Positions 60,864 through 64,000 of a stretch of DNA of 64,000 nt are shown piece after piece; the stretch's first letter is position 1; each line of letters starts with the position of its first letter. Origin of the DNA: Podarcis filfolensis (Eukaryota); the NCBI GenBank assembly GCA_964270895.1, contig OZ185439.1. One strand, 5' to 3'. The notes under the pieces are model-generated. The model worked only from the letters and a program-made list of their open reading frames with translations. It was not told the DNA's origin and made no database searches. A program made the position numbers and the translations under genes.

Positions 60864-62090
60864 TCAGCCTGAAGGTCTACAGAACTTGTAAGCCCCTTTT
60901 AAGTATGGAAAGTGGGCATTTTTGGTCAACGAGTCCCAATTTGCTGCCGTACGGGCATTAAAATCGCCACCAATTATGGCCGGGGTGTTAGGAAACTTAA
61001 CATAGCATGAGAGCAAATGCTCTTCTAGCGAGCCCCATTTAGAGCCCAATTCAAGGGAAGAACCCCCGGGTGGCAAGTAAACATTTGTAACTAGGAGCGA
61101 GATCTTTTCCCCCGCAATCAGCCCGGTGAGGGCGTAGGGAGGCAAGGCCTGTACTAGAGTAAATTTGGAATGTAGGTTGAGGGAGATGCCTATTATTAGG
61201 CCCCCTTTAGGGCGGCCTCCTTTCAGGGAGGGGCAGGCAGGGAGTTCTAGAAGCTCAAAGCCATTTAGAACAATTTTTTCTACTTCCCACGATTCTTGGA
61301 ACAAGATGATATGAAACCGATTGATATACTCCAAGAATTCTGGCTCATGTTTTTTTCCCCTCCAGCCCGCAATGTTCCAGCTGAGGACTGATGGGGGGAG
61401 TTCCTGTTGTGTTCAATTCGCTGTCATTTCAGGGAGAGAAGTGGGTCCTTTGGAGGCAGGGCAGACCCCACAAAAAAGTCAGTTATTTTACTTTGCATGG
61501 CAGGCACCTGCTGGAGGTACCTAATCTTGGAGTTGGTAGTGGGGTGTTTAGACTGGGACAACAGAGCGGGTCTCCCGCTGGCTAACCCTAGGGTGGCCAC
61601 TTCAGTAGGAGGCTCCACAGGATTTGCAGAGACTGCCCCACCGCGAGGTCTGAAGGTCGCCAATGAAACCATTTGATTTATATGTCCGGCCGGGTCTTCA
61701 GTCAAATCTGGATCATTTTTTGATGTAGGTGGAACGCTCCCCTGACCTGATGCTAGCGAAGGTACTGGGGATGCGTATGGAAAGTGGGGTTTTCAGAGTC
61801 GCTCTCACTCTGCCCTCCTGCTAAATAACTTTCTTTTAGAAGGCGCTTTCGGACTTTCAGGTGAAAATGTGGAACAGTCCAGCCTCTGCACTGATCCAGA
61901 ATGCACGGGAAGGAATTTCTTGTTTGAAGGGGCTGCCGTGCTGAAAATCAGCCTGCAGGTGGAAAGCAGGTCTGCCAGGGAGGAGGAGGTGATTTCTGAC
62001 ATGGGACGCTTTAAAATTATCCATTTCCTTACCGCCTTCTGCACACAGATCTCATGGAGATGTATGAGATACAATAGAAACAGTTAAAAG
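60864..62090 (-). mobile_element. APE-type non-LTR retrotransposon 5' fragment (ORF1 C-terminus plus ORF2 endonuclease); clade unresolved
   Basis: In frame: VLSWNIAGW...LFQESW...GRPKGG...NVYLPP...IIGGDFNART, the APE endonuclease motifs; upstream boundary approximate. Confidence 0.85.
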
Positions 62091-63406
62091 CAACTTAGAA
62101 AACTGAGCAATTTCCCTACTTCCATGTGTTTTGAGGTGTACAGTTCTGGAACAAATGATACTGTACACTACACACAAACACACACACACATATACCCTTA
62201 CTCCCTGGTGAGGACTCAAGGTAACACCGATAAAAACAAGAACTGCTCAAAACATAGAAAAACACACACACTTTCTTGTATGTTTTAATTGCCTTACTAC
62301 AGAACTAGATGTGATGACACATAGTTGTCACTAACAATGGCAAGCTATTTTTATTTGTTTGTTTGTACCTTGCCCAGGGATGCCAACTTGAATAAAATAC
62401 TGTGGGGGCCAAGGTAAGCTCCGCCCCGCATAGTTGATCCCATGATGCAGTGCACACACACCATTTGAATGGGAATGCCCATCAAAGCCCCCCAGAGTGG
62501 CTGGGGAAACCTAGCCAGATGGGTGGGGTATAAGTAAAAAAATTATTATTAAATTATTAATTTTTTTATTGTGGGGGCCAAAGCCTCCATTGTCCTTAGG
62601 AGTTGGCTCCTATTAAACCACCCATATGTAATAATTAGCTATGAAACTATGTGCTGTGATGTCCTCATGTTTTTCCCTATCCTAGTTCCAGGTGGAATCT
62701 AGATACATATACAAAAAGGTTCTAAACATCGCCATCTAGTGTCTCATTGTATATTGCAGTTAAAACACACTTAAAACATTTTATTTGCAGCTGTATAGCT
62801 GAGTCTTGTGCCGTAGGTAAGTCAACTTGGTGTTTACTAAAGAACTGCTAAATAGCACTTACTGATACTTGTCAGCTTTGACCTCACCCAAAAGGAGCTT
62901 CAACTACCTTGTGTGTTGTGTGTTGTGACATCATCTCTCCAGTGCGTCATCTGATGGCTCTGGATCATGTGAGGGGGAATGAGGCGAAGGGAGATATCAT
63001 CTCTGGCTGTGTACATACCATACATTTAAAGCACATTCGCTGCACTCCCGAATCCCAGGAATTGTCGTTTGTTAAGGGTGCTGGGAATGGTAGTTTTGTG
63101 TGTGTGGGGGGGGTACGCTACAGTTCCCAGGGTTCTTTGCAGGTGGGGGGGATGTGCTTTAAATGTCTTGTGTTTACACAGCCTCAAAAAGGCAGCTGCG
63201 GATTAGGAGGGCTGCAAAGAGCCACAAAAGAGAGAGAGAGTTTCTGTGTGTTTGTGTGTGTGAGAGCAGGGGAGCTATTCACTAAAACAATTACATTCCA
63301 GTGCAAAAATGAACCTGAGGAATGTTTGGCTCTACTTTGAATAAAAGTGAAGCAAATGGACAAACTGTGCATTTACTAATGTCTGTTGGGTTTCCCTTTT
63401 TTCCAG

Positions 63407-63496
63407 TGACTGACCTGCAAGAAGAGGGTAAAAATGCTATCAACGCGCCGATGTCCCCTGCTCTCCCTGATTTGCACCCGGAAGATACTTTACTCG
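63407..63496 (+). CDS. PARVB: Beta-parvin coding exon 2 (gene continues beyond window)
   Basis: ttttttccag/gtacag; 90 nt; VTDLQEEGKNAINAPMSPALPDLHPEDTLL, phase-compatible with exon 1. Confidence 0.96.
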
Positions 63497-64000
63497 GTAC
63501 AGTATATAAATGCTACTTGTGGATTAAGAGGTCTAAACAAAAGAGCTTCAGTTACTGTGAGGAGGAGAACAGAGGGATCAGGCTTGACATAATCCATCTG
63601 GAAGAGTGCCAGTGAAGTGCTGGAGTTTTGTGGCGCAGCTTCACTGACTTTTCCATCATTTGAGGTGGAGCCCCAGCATGCACTTCTTTCCCTCATTTTA
63701 AAATACAGCGCTGCATGGCAGTGTCTGATGAAAAAGCACTGCAGTTCCACAATCAACATGATTGACTGGAACGGGAGTGCTAGCATTGCAACCAGGAAAG
63801 CTAATGTAATGTCTGAACGCAGCCTGAGAATCGGGGGAAGCCCTGACACTACAATGTAGTGACTGGAACAGGAGGAGAGAGACAAACTGTTGTCTGGGGA
63901 GGTCACTTCCTGGTTCACGCTGGAGAAGCTATTTTAAAATGTTTCCCAAGTGGAGCAGAGTGATGCCGATGGTGAAATCCAGGATTTTAATCTGGCTTGG

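Overview
This is vertebrate genomic DNA from a squamate reptile, most likely a lacertid lizard, inferred from the Sauria-type SINEs, BovB and young L2 elements. It carries the conserved PNPLA3-SAMM50-PARVB block, all on the + strand. PNPLA3 coding exons 2-9 span 2139-14580 (exon 1 lies upstream of the window). SAMM50 is complete, with 15 coding exons over 22032-41492 (1410 nt = 469 aa + stop, all introns GT-AG). PARVB contributes exons 1-2 (45269-45383, 63407-63496). SAMM50 and PARVB start in CpG islands. Introns and intergenic DNA hold many transposon classes: Sauria SINEs, tRNA/CR1-tailed SINEs, BovB/RTE, CR1, L2, Rex1/Babar, an APE-type LINE 5' fragment, a Tc1 (DD34E) relic, Tigger-like and Tc2-like TcMar MITEs, hAT MITEs and a Penelope-like insertion. 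Two observations stand out. First, a complete minimal type I hammerhead ribozyme core (43262-43299) sits inside a TSD-flanked ~200-bp palindrome between SAMM50 and PARVB. Second, a LINE 5' remnant in PARVB intron 1 has an ATGA ORF1/ORF2 overlap and a textbook PCNA-binding PIP box (QSKITDFF) near the ORF1 C-terminus. Most long ORFs in the supplied track are artefacts of GC-rich or repetitive DNA. All assignments come from reading the sequence and recalled family knowledge; no database searches were run.
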